This document shows, piece after piece, positions 27,502 to 37,219 of a stretch of 64,000 nt of DNA. The stretch covers positions 261,703 through 325,702 of the forward strand of contig CAWKDT010000020.1 of the NCBI GenBank assembly GCA_963848445.1, given 5' to 3'. This DNA comes from Candidatus Dormiibacterota bacterium. Its GTDB lineage: Bacteria > Chloroflexota > Dormibacteria > Aeolococcales > Aeolococcaceae. Under the pieces are notes generated by a model. It was not told where the DNA came from and made no database searches. It was given only the letters and a program-made list of their open reading frames with translations. Position numbers and translations under genes: made by a program. The stretch's first letter is position 1, and every line of letters begins with the position of its first letter.

Positions 27502-30500
27502 ATGACCCTCGGGCATCGCGCCTGGAACCTCAGGGGAAACCGGCGGCGGACCGGCTCCCGTACCGCGCGCCCGCTGACGGCCGCGCTCGCGGCGACAGCG
27601 ATCGCGCTGCTCTCCGGTGGTGTCGCCGGGCACGCCGTGGCCCTGTCGACGACGACGCTGGCATCGGGGCTCAACGCCTCGATCTACGGTCAGCCGGTCA
27701 CGTTCACCGCGACGATCACCCCGGTCTCGCCCGTTCCGACGGGTTCGGTCACCTTCCAGGACGGCGGCGCCAATATCGCGGGCTGTGTCAATCGTGCGGT
27801 CGCGGCGCGAGTCGCCGCCTGCACGGTGAGCACGCTGACCGCGGCCACCCACACGATCACCGCCGTGTACGGCGGGAACGGGACCTACGCGGGAAGCACG
27901 TCGATCGCGGTGATCCAGGTGGTGAACCCCGGCGACACGACGGCAGCCCTCGGCGCGTCGGCCGACCCGTCGGTGAGCGGGCAGACCGTGACCTATACCG
28001 CGACGGTGACAGCGATCGCACCGGCGTCCGGCACTCGGACGGGGACGGTGAACTTCGAGGATGGCGGCGTCACGATCACTGGATGCGGGGCGAAGGCCGT
28101 TGCGGCAGCGGGCACCGCCACGTGCGCCGCGGCGTATGCCGGACCGGGATCGCACTCGATCACCGCCACCTACAGCGGCGACGGCAACTTCGCGGGATCG
28201 ACCTCCGCAACGTTTGACCAGAACGTGAACCAGGGCGCGACCTCCACCGCGCTCGGATCATCGGTCAATCCCTCACGCACCGGCGCCAACGTCACCTTCA
28301 CCGCCACCGTGACGGCGACTGCGCCGGCATCGGGCACGCGGACGGGGGCCATGAACTTCCAGGCGGACGGCGTGACGATCACGGGGTGCGGCGCGCAAGC
28401 CGTCGCTGCCTCCGGGAAAGCGACCTGTGTCACCAATGGGCTCGCGGTGGGCACGACCGCCATCACCGCTGTCTACAGCGGGGACGCGAACTTCACGGGC
28501 TCGACATCGTCGACGCTGACGCAGGTGGTCAACCAGGGCGCCACGGCGACGACGCTCGCATCGTCCCTCAACCCCTCGAGCACCGGGGTGAACGTCACCT
28601 TCACCGCGACGGTGAAGGCGACCGCGCCCGCCTCGGGCACGCGGACCGGCACGGTCGACTTTCAGGACGGCGGCGTCGACATCGCAGGGTGCGGCGCCCA
28701 GGCGGTGGCGGCTGCCGGCACCGCGTCGTGCACCACCAATGCGCTCGTCGCCGGGTCGCACTCGATCACCGCGACATACAGCGGTGATGCGAACTTCGTG
28801 ACCAGCACCTCCGCACCACTCGCACAGACCGTCATGAGCACCACCTCGACCGTCGTGGCCTCGAGCGTGAACCCGTCAGTGCTCGGACAGGACGTTCAGT
28901 ACACGGCAACCGTGAACGGCGGACCGTCGGTGACCGGGACGATCACGTTCCGCGACGGCGGAGCGAGCATCGCAGGATGCGTCGCGGTGCCGGTGAGCGC
29001 CGGGATCGCATCGTGCACCGAGGCGCCGACCGTCGGCTCGCATGCGATCACCGCCGTCTACAGCGGCGATTCGGCCGACGCCGCGAGCACCTCGCCGGCC
29101 ATGTCGCAGGTCGTCGGCGCCGATGGCACCACGACCGTCATCACCACCGCCGTGAATCCTTCGGTGTATGGGCAGTCGGTGACGTTCACCGCCACGGTGA
29201 CCGCCAACGCCCCCGGTGCCGGGACTCCCACGGGCAAGGTGACGTTCCAGAGCGGGGGTGCCAACATCGCCGGGTGCGGCAACGTCACGATCGTCTCCGG
29301 ATCGGCGACCTGCACCGCGACCACGCTGAGCGTCGGACCCCATTCGATCGTCGGCGCCTACAAGGGCAGCACGAGCTTCCTGACCAGCACGTCGGGCGTC
29401 TTCACGCAGACGGTCGACCAGGGTGCCACCGCAACCGTGGTGGCGTCCACGGTGAACCCGTCCGTCACCGGTCAGGCGGTGGCGTACACCGCCACGGTCA
29501 GCGTGGTCGCTCCCGCAGCCGGGTCGCTGAGCGGAACGGTCGAATTCCAGGACGACGGCGTGACCATCGCCGGCTGCGGGGCTCAGTCACTGGTCGCCGG
29601 GGCCGCGAGCTGCACCGTCACCTACGCTGGTGCGGGTGACCATGCGATCACCGCCGTGTACAGCGGTAACACCAACTTTGCCGCCTCCACGTCGCCGAGC
29701 ATCACCCAGAGCGTCGATGGGGCATCGACGTCGATCGGGCTCGCGTCGCCGGTGAACCCGAGCGTCGCCGGTCAGGTCGTGACGATCACCGCCTCGGTGG
29801 CCGTGATCGCGCCGGGCGCCGGCACTCCGAGCGGCACCGTCGAGTTCCAGGACGGCGGCGTCGACGTCGCCGGCTGTGCGGCGCAGGCGCTGTCGGGATC
29901 GGGCAGCTCGAGCTGCACCACGTCGTTGGCGACCGCCGGCACACACTCGTTGACGGCGATCTACAGCGGCGATGCGAACTTCGCCGGTTCCGCGTCCCTG
30001 AGCATCGACCAGACCGTCATCCAGGCGTCTACCGGCACTGCATTCGCTGCTTCGCTGAACCCGTCGGTGACCGGTGAGGTCGTGACCATCACCGCGACGG
30101 TGACCGTCAGCGCGCCGGGGGCGGGAACGCCGACCGGCACGATCGACTTCCAGGACGGCGGCGCCACGATCGCAGGATGCGGCCCGGTGCCGTTGTCAGG
30201 GCCCGGGAGCGCGACATGCGTGACGTCGTTCCCGACCGCCGGCGCGCATCTCATCACCGCGGTCTACAGCGGCGACGCCGACTTCGACAGTTCGACATCG
30301 CCGGCGCTCGCGCAGACCGTCGCGCAGGGAGCCACCACGACCACGATGGCGTCGTCGTCGAATGGCCTCGTCGTCGCGGGGTACGAGGTCACGCTCACCG
30401 CCGCAATCACACCGGCGTCGCCCGCGAGCGGCGCTCCGACCGGCGCCGTGGAGTTCATGGACGGCACCACGCCGGTCAGCGGGTGCACCGCGCAGCCGCT

Positions 30501-30759
30501 GGTCGCCGGCGTCGCGCGGTGCAGCGTCGCCTACGCAGCCGCGGGGGTCCATGCGGTGAGCGCTGCGTACAGCGGCGACCACGACTTCACGGGCTCGACA
30601 TCGCCGAGCCTCACCCTGACTGTGAGCCTGGATCCGTTGGTGCCGGACACCGGCGCGCATTCGACACCGTCGGTGTGGGGTGGCATCGCGGTCCTCGGTG
30701 GATTCCTGCTGCTGTGCCTGGGGATATTCGTCCGCCGGCGGGGTCGTTCAGCGGCGTAG
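27502..30759 (+). CDS. cell-surface protein with about 11 tandem bacterial Ig-like repeats and a sortase-type C-terminal sorting signal
   Basis: Signal peptide; about 95-aa repeats each with NPSxxGQxVTxTATV…GTVxFQDGGxxIxGCG…A.C…HSITAVYSGDxNFxxSTS; C-terminus LVPDTG + hydrophobic helix + RRRGRSAA. Confidence 0.8.
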   Translation: MTLGHRAWNLRGNRRRTGSRTARPLTAALAATAIALLSGGVAGHAVALSTTTLASGLNASIYGQPVTFTATITPVSPVPTGSVTFQDGGANIAGCVNRAVAARVAACTVSTLTAATHTITAVYGGNGTYAGSTSIAVIQVVNPGDTTAALGASADPSVSGQTVTYTATVTAIAPASGTRTGTVNFEDGGVTITGCGAKAVAAAGTATCAAAYAGPGSHSITATYSGDGNFAGSTSATFDQNVNQGATSTALGSSVNPSRTGANVTFTATVTATAPASGTRTGAMNFQADGVTITGCGAQAVAASGKATCVTNGLAVGTTAITAVYSGDANFTGSTSSTLTQVVNQGATATTLASSLNPSSTGVNVTFTATVKATAPASGTRTGTVDFQDGGVDIAGCGAQAVAAAGTASCTTNALVAGSHSITATYSGDANFVTSTSAPLAQTVMSTTSTVVASSVNPSVLGQDVQYTATVNGGPSVTGTITFRDGGASIAGCVAVPVSAGIASCTEAPTVGSHAITAVYSGDSADAASTSPAMSQVVGADGTTTVITTAVNPSVYGQSVTFTATVTANAPGAGTPTGKVTFQSGGANIAGCGNVTIVSGSATCTATTLSVGPHSIVGAYKGSTSFLTSTSGVFTQTVDQGATATVVASTVNPSVTGQAVAYTATVSVVAPAAGSLSGTVEFQDDGVTIAGCGAQSLVAGAASCTVTYAGAGDHAITAVYSGNTNFAASTSPSITQSVDGASTSIGLASPVNPSVAGQVVTITASVAVIAPGAGTPSGTVEFQDGGVDVAGCAAQALSGSGSSSCTTSLATAGTHSLTAIYSGDANFAGSASLSIDQTVIQASTGTAFAASLNPSVTGEVVTITATVTVSAPGAGTPTGTIDFQDGGATIAGCGPVPLSGPGSATCVTSFPTAGAHLITAVYSGDADFDSSTSPALAQTVAQGATTTTMASSSNGLVVAGYEVTLTAAITPASPASGAPTGAVEFMDGTTPVSGCTAQPLVAGVARCSVAYAAAGVHAVSAAYSGDHDFTGSTSPSLTLTVSLDPLVPDTGAHSTPSVWGGIAVLGGFLLLCLGIFVRRRGRSAA
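27650..30620. repeat. in-frame tandem array of about 285-bp units (about 10.5 copies) encoding the Ig-like domains
   Basis: The same about 95-aa protein unit recurs across 27.65–30.62 kb; copies are diverged but clearly periodic. Confidence 0.7.
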
Positions 30760-32070
30760 GGAATCGCGGCGGTCCACGACGCGCTGGAGCTTGCCGGACG
30801 ATCGTTCCAGGGTTCCCGGATCGACGACCTCGATGCCCGCGGTGACGCCCACGCGACCCTTCACCGCGTGGGCCAGCTCCCGGGACGCAACCTCGCGTCG
30901 CTCGGGCGCGCAGTCGGGGCGAGCCTCGACACGCACCGTCAAGGTGTCCAGGCGGCCCTGACGTTCGAGCACGAGCTGGAAATGTGGCGCGAGCCCCTCC
31001 GTGCGCACCACGATCTCCTCGAGCTGCGTCGGGAAGACGTTCACCCCGCGAAGGATGATCATGTCGTCGGTGCGCCCCATCACCTTTGCCATGCGGCGAA
31101 AGCCGGGTCGCGCGGTGCCCGGCATCAGCGTCGTCAGGTCGCGGGTGCGGTAGCGGATGATCGGCAGCGCCTGCTTCGTCAACGATGTGAAGACGAGCTC
31201 GCCGATCTCGCCGTCGGGGAGCACCTCACCGGTCTTCGGATCGATCACCTCGGGATAGAAGTGATCCTCCCAGATGTGCAGCCCGTCCTTGGTCTCGACG
31301 CACTCCTGGGACACGCCGGGCCCCATGACCTCGGACAGGCCGTAGATGTCGACGGCATGCATGTCGAGCCGATCCTCGATCTCCGCGCGCATCGCCTCGG
31401 TCCACGGCTCCGCGCCGAAGATCCCGACCTGCAGTGAGGATGCTCTCGGATCGAGCCCCTGACGCTCGAACTCGTCGAGCAGCGCGAGCATGTACGACGG
31501 CGTGACCATGATGATCGACGGCTGGAAGTCGCAGATCAGCTGCACCTGGCGCTCGGTCATGCCGCCGGACACGGGCACCACCGTGCAACCAAGCCGCTCC
31601 GCGCCGTAGTGCGCGCCCAGGCCACCGGTGAACAGCCCGTATCCGTATGCCACGTGCACGATGTCGCCGCGGCGCCCGCCCGCGGCGCGGATCGACCGTG
31701 CCATCAGGTCGGACCAGATGTCGAGGTCCTCCTGCGTGTATCCGACCACGGTCGCTCGACCGGTCGTCCCGCTGGATGCGTGGACGCGGCGCACGTCCGT
31801 CCGCGGCACCGCGAACATGCCAAAGGGGTAGTTGTCGCGGAGATCACCCTTGGTGGTCAAGGGGAATCTCGCGAGATCGCTGAGCGATCGGCAGTCGTCC
31901 GGCGTCACTCCCGCCGCATAGAAGGCGCGCCGGTAGTGCGGCACATTGGTGTATGCGTGCTGCAGCGACCAGCGCAGCCGGCTGAGTTGCAGATCGAGGA
32001 CCTGGTCCCTGGTCAGCCGCTCCCCCGGGTCGAGCTCATCCGGACGCGGCGCAACCCCAAGCCGGGTCAC
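30748..32070 (-). CDS. paaK: phenylacetate-CoA ligase
   Basis: GTG 32070 (VTRLGVAPRPDELD…); adenylate-forming motifs (ASSGTTGRATVVGYT, YGLSE, FTSLTKQALPIIRYRTRD); about 440 aa. Confidence 0.85.
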   Translation of the reverse strand: MTRLGVAPRPDELDPGERLTRDQVLDLQLSRLRWSLQHAYTNVPHYRRAFYAAGVTPDDCRSLSDLARFPLTTKGDLRDNYPFGMFAVPRTDVRRVHASSGTTGRATVVGYTQEDLDIWSDLMARSIRAAGGRRGDIVHVAYGYGLFTGGLGAHYGAERLGCTVVPVSGGMTERQVQLICDFQPSIIMVTPSYMLALLDEFERQGLDPRASSLQVGIFGAEPWTEAMRAEIEDRLDMHAVDIYGLSEVMGPGVSQECVETKDGLHIWEDHFYPEVIDPKTGEVLPDGEIGELVFTSLTKQALPIIRYRTRDLTTLMPGTARPGFRRMAKVMGRTDDMIILRGVNVFPTQLEEIVVRTEGLAPHFQLVLERQGRLDTLTVRVEARPDCAPERREVASRELAHAVKGRVGVTAGIEVVDPGTLERSSGKLQRVVDRRDSLRR

Positions 32071-32071
32071 G

Positions 32072-32470
32072 TCACGCCGTCTCGCGCTCGATCGTCCGGC
32101 TCGTGCCGCGGAACTCGGCGATGATGTCATCGCCGCGCCGAACCGTGACGTCATACACGCCGGAGCGCCCGAACCGGGTGCGCTCCTCGGCGCGCGCCTC
32201 GAGCAACTCCCCTGCGTACGACGGCGTGATGAAGGTGATGTGCACGGAGGCCGCCACCGCGACCGGGCCACGGCTGTTGCACGCGCACGCGAACGCCGTG
32301 TCGGCGACGGCGAAGACGAACGCGCCGTGGGTGATGCCGTGGCCGTTGACCATGTCGGGGCGCACCCGCATGGTCGCCGTGGCGCTTCCCTCCCCCACCT
32401 TCGTCACCACGATGCCCATCGCCCGCGATGCCTCGTCCCCGGACATCATCCGGGACGTCGAATCGGTCAC
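32072..32470 (-). CDS. paaI: PaaI-type hotdog-fold thioesterase
   Basis: 132 aa; NGHGITHGAFVFAVADTAFACA hotdog motif; stop abuts the paaK GTG (GTGA-type coupling). Confidence 0.7.
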   Translation of the reverse strand: MTDSTSRMMSGDEASRAMGIVVTKVGEGSATATMRVRPDMVNGHGITHGAFVFAVADTAFACACNSRGPVAVAASVHITFITPSYAGELLEARAEERTRFGRSGVYDVTVRRGDDIIAEFRGTSRTIERETA

Positions 32471-32531
32471 ATCATCTCCCAGTGGCCGGCGGCGGCGACG
32501 CGTCCCATGATGCCAGGGTCGTCACAGCGCA

Positions 32532-33885
32532 TTACGGACGCTCGACCCACAGGAAGCTGGTGAAGTTCTCGCCCAGGTCCTGCAGGTTGTCCTCGATGAC
32601 GCGCAGCCCGTGGAGGTCGGCGAGGACGCTGCTCCCCATGGTCGCGATGCTCGGGGCGAGGTCCCCCCGGGCGAGGAGCTCGGCCACCTTCGCGTGGTCG
32701 ATGAGGTCGCCCTCGCCGCTCGTCTGACGGAGGTGCGGGTACTTCCGGCGCAGCGTTTCCTGGCACTGTGCGAGGACCTGCGGATGGGTCATCACGGTGT
32801 CGACGCCCTCGAGGTCGGCGGAGCTCGCAACCATCAGGGCGTGCGCGATCTTGATGGCGAACTCCTCGACGATGGCGAACCGGTACCTGGCCATGGCGGA
32901 CACCAACTCGCCGACCATGCCGCCGACGGAGTTGTGGATCGCGAACTGACCGCGATCGACCGCGCCCTCGTGGAGCGCGCGCAGCACGTGCTCGGTGGTG
33001 TGCAGGTACACAAGCTCATACGCGACGTCCGGCGTCCGGCTCATGTACTGGCGTGCCGCTTCCTCGTTGAAGCTGCCACGCCCTCCCTGGATGCCGACGA
33101 GCAGGCGGTCGCTGACGATGCGGTTGGGCAGGAGCTGGTCGAAGACGCTGTCCTGCGCATGCGAGAGGCGAACCCGCATCGCGCTCGTGTAGGGGTTGCG
33201 CGTCTGCAGGTCGACAAAGAGCTGCTCGGTGTCGTGGGTCACCTGCGCGGTGATCTCGTGGAGCATCCGTGTTCCCAACGTATCGATCGGGGTCGGTGCG
33301 AAACCGAAGCGTTCCAACGTCCGCCCGACGAAATGGGTGACTCCCTGGCTCTCGGCGGCGAGGCGGTCATGCTCGTCGGCGGTCATGACGACGACGTTCA
33401 AACCCCGGCTCGCGAAGTAGTCCTTCCACCGCTCGAACGCCGGGCCGGGCATCCGGTAGCGATCGAGCACGATGGTCTGCCCGGCGAGGCCACCGACCGC
33501 CACGCTGTCCGGGCCGAACATCGGATGCGTCAGCATCGCGTGGTACGGAGGGCGGAAGGTGGCGACCGAAGACCGCGCGGGGGTGCACCTTGACGGAGAG
33601 CACGTCGACGAGCGTTCGCTCCCCGCCGAGCTCGGCGAAGAGCGGCACATGTTCGGCGAGCGTCGCCTCGAACACGGAGATCGGGACGCAGTAGAAGATC
33701 ACGTCCGCGGACAGCGCCTCCCGCAGGGACACGCAGGTGAATCCCTGCGCGACGGCCTGCTCGCGCAGGACATCGGCCACCTCGTGCACGAGCACGGTCG
33801 TGTCCTCGCGGAGCATCGACGCCCAGAGCCGGCCGAAGCGGCCGAACCCGATCACCGCAGCTGTCGACGCCGGAAACACGGGCAT
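32532..33885 (-). CDS. prephenate dehydrogenase (TyrA) fused to a prephenate-dehydratase-like domain without ACT domain; apparent +1/−1 frameshift near 33545
   Basis: N-terminal frame: MPVFPASTAAVIGFGRFG…RAVFGRHLPPSV; continues in another frame as YHAMLTHPMFGPDS…; downstream PDT-like domain (LVGIQGGRGSFNEEAA … THPQVLAQCQETL … NFTSFLWV) ends with no ACT domain. Confidence 0.6.
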
Positions 33886-33893
33886 GGGCGGCG

Positions 33894-34487
33894 CTACAGG
33901 GTGAACGTCGTCCGCCCGAGGGCTGCCAGCGCCTCGGGGTCGCCGTCGACTGTGACCTGCGCCGCGGTGCGCCGGCCACTGAGGAAGAGCGTGAGCTCCG
34001 TGGCAGGGCCGCGCATCAGCGCCCGCGGCCCCGAACCGAACGCTCGGCGGACGCCGTCGGGCCTCACCAGCTCGAGGCTGTACGGACCGAGCCTGCGGAC
34101 GAGCCGTTTCGCGCTGTAGCCGGTGAGCCGCCACGCAAGCGCGTCGACGTCGGGGATGCCGGTGCGCGGCCCGCGGCCGTTGGCCCTGCGGACGTCCTCG
34201 TGGTGGATGAAGAATTCCAGGCCGTTCAGCACGTTGCGGAGGCGGGGCAGGCGCCACGGGATGAGCGGAGCCCCGGCTCGCAGGCGCGCGACCAGCGCGG
34301 GAAATCCCTTCGCCTTCTCGGCAGCCAGGCGCGGTGCCGGCCACCGATGGAAGTGCTCGCGGAGGACCAGATGTGCGGCGATGTCCGCCGCCGTCCACCC
34401 CTCACAGAGGGTGGGGGCGTCAGGGCCCACCTCGATGAGCAGGTCACAGAGCTCACGGCGTTCCCGGACGTCGATGGGCTCGCTCAC
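33894..34487 (-). CDS. MDMPI-N / DinB_2-like protein (mycothiol-dependent maleylpyruvate isomerase N-terminal-domain family, TIGR03083/03085-like)
   Basis: CEGWTAADIAAHLVLREH motif and 197-aa size typical of this actinobacterial family. Confidence 0.5.
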   Translation of the reverse strand: MSEPIDVRERRELCDLLIEVGPDAPTLCEGWTAADIAAHLVLREHFHRWPAPRLAAEKAKGFPALVARLRAGAPLIPWRLPRLRNVLNGLEFFIHHEDVRRANGRGPRTGIPDVDALAWRLTGYSAKRLVRRLGPYSLELVRPDGVRRAFGSGPRALMRGPATELTLFLSGRRTAAQVTVDGDPEALAALGRTTFTL

Positions 34488-34769
34488 GCCGGCTCCGCCG
34501 GCGACATGACGTGCTCGACCGCGCTGGGATGCGGAGCAGCATCCCCTGGCGCCGCGAGGAAGCCAGGCAGTGACGCTGATCGCGACGGGAAGGTGACGTT
34601 CATGGACGTCGAGGGTAGCGGGGTGGCCGGATCCAGCCGTCGCCCGGGGCGCATCGAGTTCATCGACACTCGAGGGATCGGCGATATTTGGCGACCTCGG
34701 GTTGTGGGTACGGTAGTTGTGAAGCCTGGCGAGGCTGCGCGGCAGCGTTTCCGGGTGCAGAGACAGAGG

Positions 34770-35561
34770 ATGTCTGAGGACGCGGTTCGAGGTGTGGCCC
34801 AGATGGCTTCACGGGCGGCTCGAGATGAACATGGCGGTGCGGGAACCGCCACGAATCGGCTGCTCGGCGCCTTGCCCGATGGTTGTCGTGAGCGAATTAC
34901 CGGGTTGCTGAGTCCCGTCGCGCTGAGCCTCAGGAGTGTGGTCTTCGAGCCGGGGCAGACCATCAATTCGGTCGACTTCCCACGCGACTGCGTCGAGTCA
35001 CTCGTCACCCCCGTCGCGGACGGCCGCACGGTCGAGGTGGCGGCCACGGGCAATGACGGGATCGTCGGAGTCCCGCTCGTGCCGGGCGGCTCCCTCACCG
35101 TCCGTGCGGTCTGCTCGGTCCCGGGGATCGTCGATCGCATCGATGCGACGGCGTTCGATGAGCAGATCAAGAGCGACCCCCATCTGCGTGAGCTGGTGGA
35201 CGACTACGAGCAATCCCTCATCAACCGGCTCTCGATCGCGGTCGCCTGCAATCGGCTGCACTCGACGACGGAGCGGCTCGCGCGGTGGCTGCTCACCAGC
35301 AGCGATCAGACGGGTGGGATGACCTTCGCCACCACGTTCGCATTCCTCGGGGAGCTGCTCGGCTGCAGCGAGACTTCGGTTGGGCGAAGCGCCCAGTCGC
35401 TGCAGGATGCGGGGCTCATCCGCCATGAGCGCGGGCGCATCACGATCGTGGATCCCGCAAACCTCCGGATGGCGGCGTGCGAGTGCTACGCGCTGATCAA
35501 GCGGGAAGCAGACGGAGTGATCCAGAAGGCGCTGGTCCGCACGCTCGTGCTCACTGACTGA
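34770..35561 (+). CDS. Crp/Fnr-family transcriptional regulator (cNMP-binding + HTH)
   Basis: AGAGGA RBS + ATG 34770; cNMP-binding β-barrel (VVFEPGQTINSVDFPRDCVESLV) and C-terminal HTH (FLGELLGCSETSVGRSAQSLQDAGLI). Confidence 0.8.
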   Translation: MSEDAVRGVAQMASRAARDEHGGAGTATNRLLGALPDGCRERITGLLSPVALSLRSVVFEPGQTINSVDFPRDCVESLVTPVADGRTVEVAATGNDGIVGVPLVPGGSLTVRAVCSVPGIVDRIDATAFDEQIKSDPHLRELVDDYEQSLINRLSIAVACNRLHSTTERLARWLLTSSDQTGGMTFATTFAFLGELLGCSETSVGRSAQSLQDAGLIRHERGRITIVDPANLRMAACECYALIKREADGVIQKALVRTLVLTD

Positions 35562-36036
35562 CGATCGGCGGCCCGCGGCGCGGGACCGGCGAGGCGTTGA
35601 CGATCGATGTCGTCGTCTCCCCGAACACGAGGAAGCGGTCCAGCAGCGCGCTGAGATCGTCGATGGAGCGCAGGTGGACCTTGAGGTAGAAGCAGTCCTC
35701 GCCGGTGATGCGATGACACTCGCTGACCTCGGGAATCCGCGCTGCCAGCTCCTGAATCCGGCCGAGCTGTCCGCCGACGGGCTTGACCCGGATGATGGCC
35801 GTCAGCTGGTAGCCGAGGGCGCGGGGATCGACCTCGGCCCGGTACCCGGTGATCACTCCCGCCTGCTCGAGACGCCGGACGCGCTCGGCGACGGCGGGCG
35901 ACGAGAGGTTCACCCGGCGTCCGAGCACGGCGAACGGGACCCGTCCGTCGACCATCAGCTCACCGATGATCTTGCGGTCGATCGTGTCGAGCCGTGGGTA
36001 TTGGGTAGCTGCTGACGCTGAAATTCCGTTATTCAT
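35551..36036 (-). CDS. Lrp/AsnC-family transcriptional regulator
   Basis: HTH_AsnC (LDTIDRKIIGELMVDGRVPFAVLGRRVNLSSPAVAERVRRLE) + RAM domain; divergent from a DMT exporter (classic arrangement). Confidence 0.8.
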   Translation of the reverse strand: MNNGISASAATQYPRLDTIDRKIIGELMVDGRVPFAVLGRRVNLSSPAVAERVRRLEQAGVITGYRAEVDPRALGYQLTAIIRVKPVGGQLGRIQELAARIPEVSECHRITGEDCFYLKVHLRSIDDLSALLDRFLVFGETTTSIVNASPVPRRGPPIVSQ

Positions 36037-36069
36037 TTCGCCGTTCGACCATATCACCTTCGATCATGC

Positions 36070-37092
36070 ATGTCCATTCGAGGGCGCTCTCGCTACGATG
36101 CCCGCATGGCCCTCACGGTCGTGTCACCGGCTCCCGGCAGCACCTCGACAGCGCCGCGGAGCGAGGGCGTGCCGCCGCACGCGTACTTCGTCGGCAGCGC
36201 GGTCTTTCACTACCTCGGCCCGTCATTTGCCGTCCTGCTCTTCGCGCGCGTCGACGTTCTCGGCGTCGCCTGGCTCCGGATCGCAACCGCCGGCCTGCTC
36301 TTCGCCATCTGGCGCCGGCCCTGGCGTGCCTTCGTGCGTCTGGATCGCGACGGCCGCGTCTTGATCATCGGTCTGGGGGCGGTGCTGGCCGTGATGAACG
36401 CGTGCTTCTACCTGGCGATCAGCCGCCTGCCGCTCGCCACGGTCGCCGCGATCGAGTTCATCGGCCCCATCGTGCTCGCTGCGATCGGCGCCCGGGTGCC
36501 TCGCAACGTCATGGCAGTCGCTGTCGCGGTCGCGGGCGTGTACCTGCTGACGCACGTCCGGTTCGTCGGTGACCCGCTGAGCATCGGCTTCGCCCTCGCG
36601 AATGCCGCGTTGTTCGCGCTGTACATCGTCCTGGCCCACCGCATCGCCCGGCGCTCCTCCATGGGTGGTGTCGACGGCCTGGCCGCGGCCATGATGTTCG
36701 CGTTCGTGTTCGTCTCGCCGATCGGTCTGGGTGGCGCGCTGCGCGTTTTCACCGACCCGGTTGCCCTCGCCGCGGGCGCCGGCGTCGGTGTGACCTCCTC
36801 CGTGATCCCGTACGTGTGCGATCAGCTGGCGATGGCGCGTCTTCCGCGCGCCACCTACGCCCTGTTCGTGGCGTTGCTTCCCGCCACCGCGACGGTGATC
36901 GGGGTCGTCGTGCTGCGACAGTTCCCATCCATCACTGACCTTGCCGGCATCGTGCTCGTGATGATCGGCGTGGGAATGCATCGCGCCCACCCGGACGACG
37001 TCGCGGAACGCCGGCACGATCACTCAACCACATCGCCTTCTCGGACACTCGCGCCGCCGGACTCCGTCGATCGCGCCACCGGGATTTCTTGA
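36070..37092 (+). CDS. DMT-superfamily (EamA/RhtA-like) transporter
   Basis: 10 TM helices, two EamA-like halves; start may be the internal ATG at 36106. Confidence 0.75.
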   Translation: MSIRGRSRYDARMALTVVSPAPGSTSTAPRSEGVPPHAYFVGSAVFHYLGPSFAVLLFARVDVLGVAWLRIATAGLLFAIWRRPWRAFVRLDRDGRVLIIGLGAVLAVMNACFYLAISRLPLATVAAIEFIGPIVLAAIGARVPRNVMAVAVAVAGVYLLTHVRFVGDPLSIGFALANAALFALYIVLAHRIARRSSMGGVDGLAAAMMFAFVFVSPIGLGGALRVFTDPVALAAGAGVGVTSSVIPYVCDQLAMARLPRATYALFVALLPATATVIGVVVLRQFPSITDLAGIVLVMIGVGMHRAHPDDVAERRHDHSTTSPSRTLAPPDSVDRATGIS

Positions 37093-37219
37093 CGGACTCG
37101 TGCGCCGGCCGCGGAGGCGCGCCGCTGTGCTCGTGGCGATGGGCGACCATACGTCGGATGGACCTGGTCTTTGGGACCGACGCTCCCTTTCGCCGCCGTC
37201 CCTGAGGCGCTGCCGCCGC

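Noticed and set aside
33367-33884. 3' part of the 343-aa minus ORF continuing past the TyrA N-terminal domain
   Set aside because: After …GRHLPPSV the frame becomes an Arg-rich run with no similarity. The TyrA continuation (YHAMLTHPMFGP…) is in the neighbouring frame, so this is a frameshift rather than a distinct gene.
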